From NCBI GenBank assembly GCA_002633005.1, contig NMRA01000670.1:134444-198443 (forward strand): a stretch of DNA of 64,000 nt, written 5' to 3'. The DNA is from Phoronis australis. Its lineage: Eukaryota; Animalia; Phoronida. This document shows, in pieces, positions 50,403-64,000 of the stretch (within the stretch, counting starts at the first letter, position 1; each line of letters begins with the position of its first letter). Made by a program: the position numbers and the translations under genes. Below the pieces are notes generated by a model, which searched no databases, was not told the DNA's origin, and worked only from the letters and a program-made list of their open reading frames with translations.

Positions 50403-52896
50403 TAGATTTTTATAGGCTTCAATAATTACATTCAAAAGTGATGAAACCATTAACATTAAAAAATACAAAATTACAGTCTTATTTGATTTAACTTATATTT
50501 TTCCTTCTGTATACTTTGTGTTTCATTCTTGCCTTTTAGGAAAAGTGAATGGGATTTTCAACATGCATTACACCCTACAAGTCGGGTACGTGTTATGAAC
50601 TCTAACTTTGTATGCCTTTTTTCAGTCAGTGGATTTGTCAAAGGGAAACAACGCAGATGACCCAAAGCAAGAGTGTCCTCCCAATGGAAAACATTGTTTA
50701 ATGGTAACACAGTGAACTACTTAACACAAGATGGAGACCAAACAAGGATTAAAAAATACGTGAATGTTTTTATGCGAGAAGTAGCTAAGGAAGACTTAAG
50801 GAGTAATGCAATGCGAGGACAGAATGCCAGGTACAAACGTCAGTTCACAGTTCTTGTCATATTGGGTTAACTGCTGAATCCCCTGCAATAGTCCTATATA
50901 ACATGCAAAATTCTGAGAACCACTTTGCCGGTTGCGGCAGTGCCTTGCTGTTTGCTTGGTGTTAGTGTTGAGCTGTGCTATAGAGAAGTGGTATATGAAC
51001 ATCGTTATTTAAACTTTGCTTCAGTTTTGTAAATGAAAGCTATGTGAATTTTTCATTCATTTTTATGAAATTTGCAGTTTTAAGTCCAAACCTTTGGCAT
51101 TCCGTCTGTATGTCACACAGTGTCGTTGGCATAATTTTTGTCGCTCATAGCACGATGTCGGAGACATAGTATTCACAAAGGTCTGTCTGCATGTCACACT
51201 ATGTCATTGGCATGACATCTCTAAAGGGAATCTATTTTTTTCATATTTTGCACTGAGATGTAGGTGGGACATCTCCAAGCGCCATTTGATATTGTTTTGA
51301 ATAGGGATTCTGCCATGCTCTTAAATTCGCCTTGTATTTTTACAAACATTGTTAATAGTTGAGTTTTGTGAAGCAGTTGCCAGGCTTATTTTTGTGTCAT
51401 GGTTTGCTCATTTCTTTTTGGTCTGGCCCTCTGGTTCATTTCTAATGTTGAGGACCAGGCCATTGACTTAATGCTGCTGTTAGTTTTGCAATTGATCTCA
51501 TCTTAAACAAGTGTTTTTTACTATTAAAAGGGTTTTGTAAAGTAGATTAATGTACATAGTTCATTAATACTTAGACTTATTGTACACTCTGCACATGCCA
51601 TGCTGACGTTTAGTGTATACTTTGTTTCAGTGATTATTAAGTAATTCTGATGTTGGTATAAGTTGATGCAATGTGAAGTTTCACTTTATATTAAAATAAT
51701 AAGAAATAAATGTCTCTCTGCCTGTTGCATGTAACAGATGTGTGGATGGCTTTGCTTGAACATATCTTGGCCACAAATTCGGCAGCAGTCAAGCTATATT
51801 CTTTACACCTTCCCTTGCTGGTAATGTTAGTTTTGAAAAAATTAAAACTGAGAGGGGGGAGAGATCTCTTATTTATGCTGCTGCTGTAATAAAGAATTCT
51901 CTTAGCCCAGAAATTAAATGCCCCAATTCAATTAATACTGTTAAACTTAATAGTAAAAAGTGGCTGTAATTTACTTACCCATTCTTACACTTTACCTTTG
52001 TTAATTATGTCATTTTTCATTATTGTTCATGCGCTCACTAATTACTATCATCTCTTTATTTCATCTCTCCTGGTCAAAATTTCACCCTTAAGTTGTTATT
52101 AATTGCTGCTTTGTTACCTGTATCTAATTATTGTTTTATGTATTATATTCTACTGTATTGCATCCTGATGTTGAAGGCCCCTTAAAAGCATATTTTGGCT
52201 AAAAACAAATGTGATTAAAGATATGCATCGGTTTCTTCTATTATCACAATTGTAATGGTCTGTTTTTACCTTGTTGTTGATGTTGTTGCCGTTGTTCACA
52301 TATGCGCTGATTTTAAATTTCGTACTCATATTTTGTCCCAAACAAATGCAATTAAAGGTACGCATAATTTTTTCTATCATCACAATGGTACTGGTATGTT
52401 TTTACCTTCAACAATAAGTATTTGTTGATCATATTTTGTTAACTTGGAAGCTCATAACCTAAACATGTGTATATTATGAAAGTTGAGGTATTTATATATT
52501 TTGATGGGCAGCATTTACAGATGTGTATTTTTTAACAGATCTCACTTTGTCCCTAGGTTCTCAGTATTATTTTTTATAAACCAGAGTATTGTACAGTCAT
52601 GTTTATTTTCTGGGTAAAGTTGTTTCCTTTTTCCTATAATATCTATTTGTATGCATGTTTTAAAAATAAAAACTTGTGTGATTGGATATATTGCTTATCT
52701 TTCATATTACTTCATTTATTGTAATGTAAGTGCAACCAACCTATTGGGATGTAGCGTTTCTACAAAATTCGTTCTCAGCCAATGTAACTACCATATAACA
52801 GGTTTCTGGTTCCTCCATATGAAAATCCTGGCCAGGTCAAAAAGAAGGTCACAAGTAGTCCTATTCAGTTGGAGAATTTTATGATGTCATCTTAAC

Positions 52897-55800
52897 CATA
52901 GATATTCGTAAAGAGATTCGCGACTCCGTGAAGTCTCGCGGCCTAACGCAAAAGTACGTGAGCAGGATTCAAAACTTCCGGTCTCATGGCTAAGCATAGT
53001 AACGAAAGTGAACTTTCGTTTTTATTTCAGGCACGTCAAGCAAATTTTTGAGTTTGAAATTAATTTGTTGTGTTTAATGCAAACTAAATCGCGTATGCGA
53101 GCCATTCAAGTCGGATTATTGCTACAAAACGTGTCTTAATTACCTTGACAAGTTGTTGTTGATCGGCCCGCTTGCTGACACAGTTCAACACACGAATCGA
53201 GGCGTTTGGCCCAATGAAAAGGTTGAGCTAAATGGATAATTCTTTTCACTTGTTGAATTCTCAGTCATTTACGATGAAATTTAATTTGAATTTTGTGTTT
53301 TTGTATGAATTTTGGCTCGACCTAAATGTAGTTTCTCATTCGTCACTATGTCTACAATACATAAGCCATGGTTTACCAACTGAATATATCCAAAATTCAG
53401 CAAGAGCGAAATTTTGCCATTTTCATGATTTTCAGAAGCTCATATATATTAGCATGAAAAGTGGTGGAAAATGAAAAGTATGCCACAGAAATATTTAAAC
53501 TTTCTTCTTGATATTGATATTCGTTTCAACAAATGGGGGCATTAATGAATATTTTTAAAAATCGAACTACTGCAGCACGTGAGAAGAGGATAAATTTGCA
53601 GTTGCTAAATATCCATTACTGAACCGATTTTAATGATATGTATATCCAGGGGCAGATCCAGGATTTTGTGTTAGGGGAACCAGAGAAGAGTACTAGCTAG
53701 GATTTTGTCATTCAGACATTGGCACTCCTGATCTGCCAAATGGAATCTGGGGGAATTTTAGGGGGGGTGTAGCCCTCTTGCCTCCCCACCCCTTAATTCG
53801 CTATTGATGTCAAACTGCTAAAAAAATCTGCCTTAAGTGTACATTTTTAGTTGTTTTTTTTGACAAAGTATGGGAAAATGTTGTTTTTTAATTTATTGCC
53901 TTGTCAATTTCTAACCTGGAAAAATCCTGCATATTGTACTCTCAACGTAACAATTCCTATCGTGTCCTAATCCATTCCTCATCAATTTTTTCACTTCATC
54001 TCACCATTTCCATTTAGCAATACTTCCAAAAAAGGTAAATTCAGTCATTTTTGAAGAACCGTGCTGACCTTTCCAGGGTTAAAACTAAACTCAAATTTGA
54101 TTGGTCAAATGGATTAAACAGAACCAGTCAAAACTTCCCTAAATTACATAAAGTGACCCAAATTGGTGTAATATTTCATTTAAACAGTACAGAATATTTT
54201 AAAAATGAATTCCATTAAACTTCAGCTTTGGGGATAGATTCAGTCTATTTTCTTCGAAAATAATTTTGTTACACGTTTTCTACCTTGTGGTGGTGCTGTG
54301 ATCAGTTTCATTTTTAAAAAATTATATTTTGCATTAAAATAATTGTTTATTCAAGGCTGCAGTGCATCAAAACCGTTTAGAATGAGTGTGCTCTTTTTGG
54401 ATGGTCACTAGCACAACGCCTCTCAATTCCTAAATTATTTCATGCTGCTCATGGGATGTATGACATAACAGTTGGCTGAAAACAGTAATTGCACAGATAT
54501 CTGTCCTCAATAGAGAGCAATAGACCCGCAATCTAAAGACCTGTGGTCCGATTCCCAGTTGGGGTTCCTGATTTTTCTGTGTTAATTTGAGATGCTTAAC
54601 TTAAGATTGTGAAAACATTGATCTAACTTGGGGAAAAAAGAATTCATATAACCTCAAAGATTTTTGAATAAATGACGAAATACTCTGAAAAACTAGGTTT
54701 CTGGTTTTTGCTATTTTTGAATTCATTTGTTATACCAATTTCATTTTTAGAATTGTTTTGAAATATTTTGGAACAAAAATATTTTCACCGAACCATGGTA
54801 ATTTTTTAAGTGTTTTGTCGTTTGAAAGTGGTTTGGTGACGATGTCATGTTGTTAACCTACTTGTAAAAGACTCTCTTTCTTGTTTTAGCAATACAGTAA
54901 GCTATGGATTCCCAAATATAGTTGTTTAAACTTGATATTTTTTGTGGCCTGAAATTTTTGGGTGCTATTTGCTGAAAAAAGGGCTATTTTTGAGGCTGTA
55001 ATACTTAAATAACTCCAGAGCCACTTAAACAATTTTAAAAAATATATATAAATGGCATGTCTAAAGCTACCATTTTAGACTATTGAAGTGTTTCTGATGA
55101 AATTTGTATTTTGCTTTGCTCTGACAGCTACTTTTTGTAAAACATAGTACGCAAAGGGTGTTTTTGTATTCCTTCTCAGAAATGTATGCAACACTGACTT
55201 TATGTAATGTTGTTATGTTTTGTCCTGTTTGTCATTGTAAAAATCAATTCCGTTGTATATTTGTGTTGTCAATTTTCACTTAACAATTGTAAAGTAAGGC
55301 AGGGGAATCTCAGGCCCCTGTTACTTACTCATTGGAACTGGGAAAATAAAGAAATGAAAAATGTCTAATTTGTGTGTACTGTGCTATCTGATAACCACTA
55401 AAAATAAGGCTGACAGAACACCTTTCATAACCTGAGTCTTTCCCTCTCATGTTCTCTGTTTCAAATTTTGTGATATTTTGTTTCAGTTGGTTTCATTTCA
55501 TGTTATAACTTTTTTCTTCTGCAGGCAAAAATATAACACTTAAAATTGAATTCCCTTCACTAAGTATAAAGTACAAAAACTTAATTTATAAAAAATATAC
55601 TGTACAAGTTTCCTTTCCAACGTTGAATATCTGCTGGCGTCACAAAATCCTAAAGAAAATTACAGTGCCAACTGGTCCTTCAAAATTTTGACTTCTTCAA
55701 TTCACTGGTTATCTCCACAACTCAATAGTGGAACTGATTCTGGTGTGGAAATTAAACATTCACGCTCAATGCAATACTGGAAATTAGCTCAGTTTTTTTG

Positions 55801-57035
55801 TTAAAAAGCCATAGAAGAATCCTGGGGGAATGAGTTCACTTTCACAAAATCACGTTCCAGATACAACTCTTCATTCCATATTACTTTATAGATATTCTAT
55901 GTATTTGTGACATTTACAGGATGTTCAGACACTGAAAGAGAGAAATAGACATTAGGTCTTAATGAGCATGCCCACCTTCATAATCATAAGTATCACTCGT
56001 CAAGAAACTGTATAGAATACGCCAACTCAGTCGACATGGAGAGCATGATGTGCTGCTATTGAAAATATTGAGAGTCCCTTTTGATTACATTCACAAAGCC
56101 CGTTTTGAATGAGCAGCAAACAGGGTCATGCTGCACTTGTTTGCGCGACATTCTTGTTACCCCCTCCATTTGTCAGTCTTTGCAGTATTTCACACCTGCT
56201 ATGTACCATTGCATAATTGACTAGCTTTTGCTCTATGGTGGTATTACTGTGTCATTTTATTTCCACTTGATGAAACAAGTATTTTCAAAATATCGTTTGT
56301 CGTCTCTTGGTCAGTTTCTTTACCAATGTTCTGATGATACGAACGGAATGGAATAAAGATTGTGACAGCAACAAGTGTCATGTATCGAACCAATTTTGCA
56401 TTGTCGTAGCTATGTTTGGAAGTTGCCTTACAATGTAATTCTGACCTATGATAGTAGTGACGGCAATTTTTTGACACACAACTTTTTGACACTCAAGTTT
56501 TGCAAATGACATGTCAATGCCAGTTAGCCTTTGGCCCTTGCCCTGGAACAAAGCTGTGTGAATTACAAATATTTATTGTGTAACATTGTTACAATTTCAT
56601 TTTTGTTGGTTAATACATGTGCTTATGATTATGAGCTGATTCGTGCGGTAATCTATTTAAAGAAACATCAATACTAATTCCAACAAAAAATCAGCTGATG
56701 CGCCTGTGTAAGTGCAACACGGGAAAATCAGCTGAAGACGTTTCTGGCGTTAATAACTCATAACATGTCTGAATTATCTTGTGAATGTTTTAAATGACAT
56801 GACAGAGAACAGTATAAGCATTTTATTTTTACAAGTCTTAAAAACTCCAAACAATCGAGCAATTCGACTCATTACTTTACCAAATCTTGAAACGAGGGAA
56901 CGATTGCTCAATAAAACCGGAAGTTTTCTATCCTGCGTGTGCAGCGCCCTCTCATCGTTAGTGCTTATGTCCCGTGGCCCGCGACATGCGCAACGCGCTC
57001 TAACGGGAGTTGGCAGTCCCTATCTATAGTCTATG
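52897..57035. mobile_element. P-superfamily-like non-autonomous element
   Basis: CATAGA...TCTATG termini with a perfect 7-bp TSD TCTTAAC (52890..52896, 57036..57042). Confidence 0.75.
53647..53806. mobile_element. Small hAT-like MITE remnant
   Basis: CAGGGGCAGATCCAGGATTTT start and G/C-run architecture. Confidence 0.45.
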
Positions 57036-57604
57036 TCTTAACTGAGGCAGGCCAGCCAGCTGGCTCTCTATTGTGTTGGCAGGGAATGGGGTAATTGAAA
57101 CTTGCGCTTCAGTGAACAATTCTAATTGGGTTTTGGCTTGAATTTTCAGCAGGGATAGATTCGTCATGGGAATCGGTAGGAAATTTTCTTTTGGAATCTA
57201 ATTTTGGCTTAAGTCGAGCATTGCCAGGGAAGTGGTGGTTTTAGGGTGAAAAATGCCGATTTGGCATTTTTTGCCCTTATTTTTCTTAGTCTAGCTTGGT
57301 TTTCACTGGGAGTGAAAGGGTCAAAAATACAAGAGAGAATAAAGTTTCTGTGGTCATCTGTAGGGCTTGTGATTTGAAATGACTCAAAACTTTTCTTTAT
57401 CTGCATGCAGAGTGAAGAGTCCACTGACATGTGTTCTGATAGACTGTGAGAACAGTTCTGTGCCTCCCAAGATACAAATTACAACATATAATTGATAGTG
57501 AAAATAAACATTATCATGGTCAGATAGAAACAGTCAAACCACAAAGAAAATCAACTGGTACCAAAATCATGTTGCAGCACTTCAAAAATGTAACTTGTGG
57601 ACAT

Positions 57605-57831
57605 ACTATTGTAGGCAGTCTGATACACGTTGCACCCGACGTGCCCAGGCCTCGCATGTGGGCCCAAGCACTGATCACCTGGAACTATTTTTATGCTTTA
57701 TTAATATATGGTTAAAACCAAGCTGAGGAGCTAGAAACCTGGCTCAAGGGTTTAGCAGTGTGACCTGGTGGGACTCGCACCCACGACCTCGAGTAAAGAA
57801 AGCGGGCACTTATCAACCAGGCCACACTGCC
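57605..57831 (-). mobile_element. tRNA-derived SINE
   Basis: Minus-strand head GGCAGTGTGGCCTGGTTGATAAG (A-box-like) ... GTGGGTGCGAGTCCCAC (B-box-like), then a non-tRNA body. Confidence 0.6.
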
Positions 57832-57990
57832 TCCTCTGCCAAAACAGAACTCTAGGCTAAACTAAAACAAATCTTCACTGCAGACAGCAGTTGAGGGTTA
57901 CCAAAGAGAATATAATGTAACCACAACACTACTTAGTACTTTGTCACATGTGTGAAATATATTGGCTAAAGTTATTGAAAATGCCACCTA

Positions 57991-60119
57991 CTACAGCACA
58001 CATCAAGAATTTTTGTCCGACCAGTCAGAAATTGGTCGACAACCGGTCGTCTAGTCAACCAGTAGCCGACCAACAACGATCGGCTAGGAGTCGTCTACTG
58101 AGTCGCCTCTGTGGTCAGCACTTGGGTCAGCAAAGTGGTCACCTAGCGACCAGACGACCAATTCGGATTAAACATGCCCTTGGTCGGCAATTACCATTTT
58201 ATGATTTAGCGGGTAAACTTTGGCCAAACAAACATTTGACTGTTCGCTGTTCATTCACCAGTGGCAACTACGGTCTTGACATTGGTTTATCAACTTTTGT
58301 TCAACTATTGAAAGAAGGTAAATTCAAATCAACCTACAAATACGAAGTGCGTGACATTACAACAACTTAAAACTTGACGTCAAATTGATGACAGCGTGGT
58401 ATTAAATCAAATATTAAGTGATATCACGGAAGCATAATTTCTAGACATGAGATTTTTTACATAGTACATTATGCATAAAAACAAGCACGAAATTTGAAAT
58501 TTTACAGTAAAATTCCATAAAAATGGATTTTTTACGATCTCAAGTGTTTTCATGTCGCGGAATGCTCAACAAGCAACACACATTTCCGCTCATCCGTTAT
58601 TGCTCTTGATCATCACTTCATAATGCTTCATTACCACAGGTAATTATTGTTTTATTTCTGTATAATTTCTTAATATGTTGGTGCAGCAATTTTACCCAAG
58701 TTTATTTTAGGAACAACATAAACAACGGTTTGAACATAGCGACAATAATGAGATCATGGGCGCATGAAAACGGAAGAATGTGATCGGTTTATAGTGTAAT
58801 CCATCATCCATCATCATTCTGAATTTGTTGTCACTTTCAGAGTAAAAAATTGTTGTGAAGCTAGAGCCATGCTAATAGCCAGCTAGCTGTATGAATACTA
58901 TTGTTAAAATGCAGCAAGGTGCCACTGTGTATTGAGCTCCAACAGACCTCAAAATTGTACACAGCCCGAATAGTTACGCTCATCACCTCGTCGTGAAGCT
59001 TGTATCAACATGAGCTAAAGACCGGTGGGTGTGCATGCAAAATCTGGAAGTCAATTGACCTTAAACTTGCCTGTTATGACTGTTAACGCAAAAAACATCC
59101 AACGTCATTTCCTTGCGTAATTCTCTGCCTTTTGTAACATAAAACGTATGTCATCGTTTTGAAAAGAGTTCATTCGTGACACGTGCCACTTCCAGAATTT
59201 TTTCGACGTCTCCCATTAGATGACAACATCTTAGCAAAATTTGTTCTAAAATTCGGTTTACTGATATCAAAATTCCAAAAACATATAATAAAGTGAAACC
59301 AATTCTGATCATTTGTTGTGACGTTTATGCAATCTCGAGGGAGAACGTTTGATTAGAATCCGGGAAAAAGAAACTGTCTAATAGGTGACGCAATATTTCA
59401 TTGTGTCAAAAATCAACGCAAAAGATCACACCACAACTTTAGCAGCAAAATAATTGTAGAAAACCAATTTTTGCAACGCCGGTAAATAATTTAGATTACT
59501 CTAGGAAGATTTTATTAGGTCAGATTTTACCCACAACGGCGCAAATTTGTATATTTAATTTGGTAAACAGCTTTGCACCAACTGGGGCTAGAGCCTTCCT
59601 AGCCCTTTGGAGTAAAAACACAATACTTGATGTTTTGCGTGTACTTCAAGGGGTAAAACTTTGAAAATAATATTTTTGGGGTTTAACTTGGCATATGTAC
59701 CGTTTTCGCCGTAATAACTGCCCAGGGCGCTTAGAAAGTTTGGTTCAGGGGGCGCTTATTATAACCCAAGGCGGTTGAAGCCCGGTCTCCGAATTTACAC
59801 TCTGTGACATATCTGTAATCTATCACAACCGATGTGAAATCATGTAACGGAGACAGCAAAACTATGTTTATTTATTTGACCCTGTGCTAAGACAAATATG
59901 TATCTACACGCAAAGAGGTATCAGCCTGACAACCTATTACGCAACTGCTACTCTGGACTAAAAATAGCATACGACCACCTGAGGTCGGCTGAAGGGTCGG
60001 CTGGGGAGTCGCCTTATGAGTCGGCACAGTGGCCGGGTGCTGGTCGAGTAATTTTAGCCGACACAGGTTGTTGACCAATTTCCGACCGGTCGGACAAAAA
60101 TTCGTAATGTATGCTGTAG
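57991..60119. mobile_element. Non-autonomous TIR element
   Basis: About 55-bp inverted ends CTACAGCA.ACAT...GAATTTTTGTCCGACC.GTC.GAAATTGGTC.ACAACC; contains a pogo-like fragment. Confidence 0.8.
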
Positions 60120-60175
60120 ATATGCTAAAGCGGCTTATGACATGTTAGCTGATTTCCCTTACAAAAATGAACTTA

Positions 60176-61460
60176 CCGTATTCGCCGTAATAACCGCCCA
60201 TGCCCCTATAAGCGCCCCCACGTGTTTTCAGACTTTGCTGAAATAAGCGCCCAGTCCATGAACGTGTACAAGCGAACAATGACGTACCTACAGTCCTAAA
60301 ACTCGGCTACTGAGTAACGTCTTCAATTTATCAAAAAAATTTTACACTGGTCTTCTAGACCACCAGCGGCACTGCTATGTTTGTACTTAGCTGTGACTAT
60401 ACGCTTCAAAGTAATGCAGCGCTTCAAAAAGAAGGCAACAGCCTTGCTACTCTCGCGACGACCATGTCCCACTATGGTCTGACCTTTGAGCACAGATTTA
60501 AACTTGGTGTTAAACGCACATGGCCAAGAAGCGCGCCCTACATATATGAGCCTGTCATCAAAGACATTAGTCGCGAACTATCCATTCATGAAACGGGTAG
60601 CATAGCATCGGTAAGAAATGAATATTGGCAATAATTTCCGACAATTTCTAATACTATAAAACATGTTTGCGTTATTTTTGAGATGGATTGTTTGATTAAC
60701 CATAATTGGTGTTTTAAAGCCAAATATCCAATAAAATGACAACTGACAGTGAACGCTTACACACCCTTACACTGAAAAATAACTCAGACAGCTACGTACG
60801 CATCCAGCTACAAGGCGACTAATATGGGCCTTACCAAGACAAATGTCCGACGTTTTTAGCACATGAGACCGGCAAGTGCTGAATGAAACACGCTCTGGTT
60901 TAAACCTACAGCTTGTGCAAATTTCTTTAGATACAATGCACATCTATCTCGTTAGATTGCGTGGCTCTGACCAAAAGATGGTCTCTGCCTTGGCAAATGA
61001 ACTCTGGTGACACGCACGCGCTCGCTTACTCGCTGACGAACATGCTACTTACCGAGACTAATGTTGAACGTTTTTAAATCATGAGACCGGCAAGTGCTGA
61101 ATGAAACACGTTCTGCTTTAGACCTACTGCTTGGGCTAATTTCTTTAGATACAATGCACATCTAGCTCGTTAGATTGGGTTTGCTCTGGCAAATGAACTC
61201 TCGTGACACGCACTCGCTCGCTTACTCACACAAGCTCGCTTACTCACACACGCTGAACTTCAAAACAAACGTCACGGGTCAACAACATTTCAAGTTCGTC
61301 CAGAGATTTTTATGTGCCCACATATTGATATGTGGACGCATTATGTCGTCATCTCTGTCCGTCCGTTGGAGATCGAGTTTCAACCGCCTTGGGTTATAAT
61401 AAGCGCGCCCCTAAACTGAACTTTTCTAAGCACCCTGGGTGGTTATTACGGCGAATACGG
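60176..61460. mobile_element. Complete pogo/Tigger-like MITE
   Basis: TIR CCGTATTCGCCGTAATAACC/GGTTATTACGGCGAATACGG with TA TSD; internal tandem duplication near 60850..61250 and a HINE end near 61310..61365. Confidence 0.9.
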
Positions 61461-61584
61461 TAAGTTTTTCGCTGAAAACTTAAGTTTTTGGAAAATTGTG
61501 AGATATTTAATTTTTTTTTCTGACATAAAGTTAGTGCCATTAAAAAGTAAACTCTTCCTTGAGTACAATAAAGTATTTACCATA

Positions 61585-62030
61585 GTTACTCGGCGCGTGT
61601 AAGCGCAGAGTATTGTTGTTCCTGGGTTTTCTTCAATTTTATTCTGATTCTTATTCTTATTCTTCTTCTGACCAACTTTGAGACTTAATAACTCCAAATT
61701 GGGTGCAGGTACGGTCTTTAAATTCAGCATATGATTTTTGACAGAAAAAAATTTTGATTGGTTATATAATCATATTCCATATTAGACCGGAAGAGGTCGT
61801 TTGGTGCAAAAGCCATATAATTTTCAAAATGCTACTCCTCCTTCAGTTTTAAAGCTATCTTTTTCAAATTCGGTGCACAGGTATAAGTCAGCATGACAAT
61901 TTAAAAAATTAATCGGGTCATCCAATCAGGTGAAATATGTTAAAGGTCATTAGGTGCAAACTAAAATTTTGAGCTACACACTTCAAATTGACAGGTCTGA
62001 TTGCCACAGGTAAATCAAATCGGAATTTTG
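61585..62030 (-). mobile_element. HINE-like element 3' part, same family as 17950..20378
   Basis: Reverse complement of about 19960..20378 including microsatellite and hairpin. Confidence 0.85.
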
Positions 62031-64000
62031 TGTAGGCTTACAGCACTGCTAGTTGCTATGTCAGATATTGTTTACATTGTTCATGCTGTCTATTGTATGT
62101 CACCATGTAGTCTCCTATGCAATTTTACTTTACATCCATCTACATGATTGTACTCAGCAGTCTGTAGCACACCCTTAACAAGGAGCACATCGCTTGAAAC
62201 GTGGGGGATATTTTAATATATTTTAAGTATCAGTCCACGGATCCACCGACCACTGTACAGCCAACAAGCGGCAAGGTGGGGGGTCAGCCATTCAGATCCA
62301 TGTTTAGCCTGATAAATCACATTAGGGATGAGAGAAATTGGGTGAAGTATGACACCACAAAGTTTGGTGGTTTAGGAGATACAAGGGAAGTGTTCTTGGG
62401 GGCAAAATGAGGCAATTTCTTGGTGTGGAACAAGTCATTTTTGACCAAATTTTCTACTCCAGTTTCTGCTTCAAACAGAATCGTTTCTGAGCAATTTTGA
62501 TAACACATGATAGGTTCATGACCAATGTCAGTAAAAACGGCACCGACACTGCAATATCGTTGACCATGGTAACACTGGAACTGTTTCCGTGGAGGTACAT
62601 TTCCTTCTTGTGAAAAACCAGCAGTAAGTTGTACCCTTATAGCGAAGCTGCCCCCGCGAGAAAACTAAAAATAATAACATGGACATGTAGAAGACTCCAT
62701 GCCCTTGAAATTAATACAATAAAAACTTTGTCAGCCCTTCAGGCAGGCTTGGTAATAGGTGTCTGAATTTCACTATTTTCAGACCGCGTATGTGTATTTG
62801 TCATGTTAAACCAGTCACTAGTTGTGCGCCGTTTCTACGCATTAATATGCCGTGGTATAATACAACAATTAAAAGAATTGGTTTGCTTAAATGTTTTTAA
62901 TTAAATGTTAAGGACACTAGCATTTCCCACTAAAATATGAAATTATACTAAATTTGTTCATCTAACTCGTCTGAATACCAAACTAAAGCTTACAATGCGT
63001 TTAGTTGAATGATGGCTGACCTGTAGTGCGGGTTTATCTACTTATCTGGCACTGCCAGTCGCATCGAATGTGGTATTTCTACAAATTGCGGAGAGAAACA
63101 ACTTCGGAAACTCTTGGGAAATGCACAAGGTATAGAGCGAGATATTTGAGCACCTTATAAGAGTACGTGGAGCTGACGTGGAGGTGGAACGTGTCCTCCT
63201 GAGAAGTAGTCTGTCTCAGTGTCTGCCTCGGAGGCAGGTGTGCAGCAGGAGCTACATAATCTGCCGTATTAGATTCACTTGCCCGAATCATCGTTACAAC
63301 ACTCGAGATATATTGCTGTCGCCAAAGACACTAAGAACATCCACTGCACACTAGAGGAGAAATCTGATAGAGCCTGATAGAGGTCTGAAAAATGACCAAA
63401 GACGTTAAGTCAAGGTTCAACTTGAACGTCCTGCTTCGAGTGAGCTCAGGTAGGAATCACTCCAGGGTCTGACCCTGAGGAATATTTTTAGAAGCACGTC
63501 ATTAATGCAAAAATACTTTTATTGACACACCGTGATTGCTTATAACTTGGGCCTTATTGCTTAATCATATCTTATTCAAATGTGTTGATGTTTATGCAAC
63601 TACATGTATACATTGGCTTAGAAAATAGGTAGTCATCATAACTTTTCATAACAACCACCAAATGTGTAACATGACTTCTGCCCATGAACTACTTTTAGAG
63701 ACTAGGGAGTATGTTATGTCTGCCAATGAATTTCTGCGATTGAAGTTCATTAAACATGCTAAAGCCGTCAAAAATATTGGTGCTTTCACTTTAGCTTGGT
63801 ATTCATAGTTTCTGAGCCGAAATGGCCACATTAAATTCAATATGTTGAATTTTTTCATTAATACAATTTTAGGAATCAGGAAAGGCTTATGCTGAAGAAG
63901 TGGCTTCTGCTGAAGTTGGAGACTTGCCGATTATTAGTAAAGGTTGGGTATGGAAAAGTTCACAACCAGCAAGAAGGTACCCTTCTGGACAACTAAGTGA

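Larger units (their letters stand above)
48853..57168. mobile_element. 8.3-kb TIR element (CMC- or P-like, superfamily uncertain)
   Basis: CATGACGAACCCTTTCCAGATGAAAATT on the left versus reverse complement CATGACGAATCTATCCCTGCTGAAAATT on the right; splits a repeat that is contiguous near 47270. Confidence 0.8.

Noticed and set aside
55650-56500. Transposase exons inside the P-like element
   Set aside because: Frames contain stops and show no THAP or DDE motif I could recognise
57755-57831. Functional tRNA gene
   Set aside because: Degenerate B box, no clean cloverleaf or terminator, followed by a SINE-like body
63000-63480. Coding-like, GC-richer segment as an upstream SH3BP5 exon
   Set aside because: No SH3BP5 motif and no consistent open frame bounded by splice sites

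Overview
Eukaryotic, repeat-dense genomic DNA from a draft assembly (one 510-nt N gap and nine single-n joins). It is most likely a bilaterian invertebrate, given degenerate TTAGGG repeats, HERO/RTE-X/Mag-type retroelements and CTCF-like motifs; the species cannot be determined. Host coding sequence is sparse. On the + strand, two symmetric phase-1 exons 16 kb apart encode a SUEL/Gal-lectin-like domain and a mucin-like P/T/S stalk. On the - strand there is one clear exon of SH3BP5 (Sab/parcas) and a possible terminal exon. The rest is mostly nested mobile DNA: a decayed Mag-like Ty3/Gypsy element with a tRNA-Leu PBS, an intact-ORF piggyBac inserted at TTAA into a CR1/L2-type LINE, a THAP-bearing ISL2EU-like element, CCC-ended CACTA-like elements (one carrying a permuted HERO retroelement fragment), Helentron-associated (HINE-like) repeats, nested TIR elements, MITEs and a tRNA-derived SINE. 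The most notable signal is a HINE-borne higher-order satellite with ten co-oriented CTCF-like motifs at 141-161 bp spacing, lying between the two convergent host genes. All family assignments come from motif recognition by eye, not from database searches.
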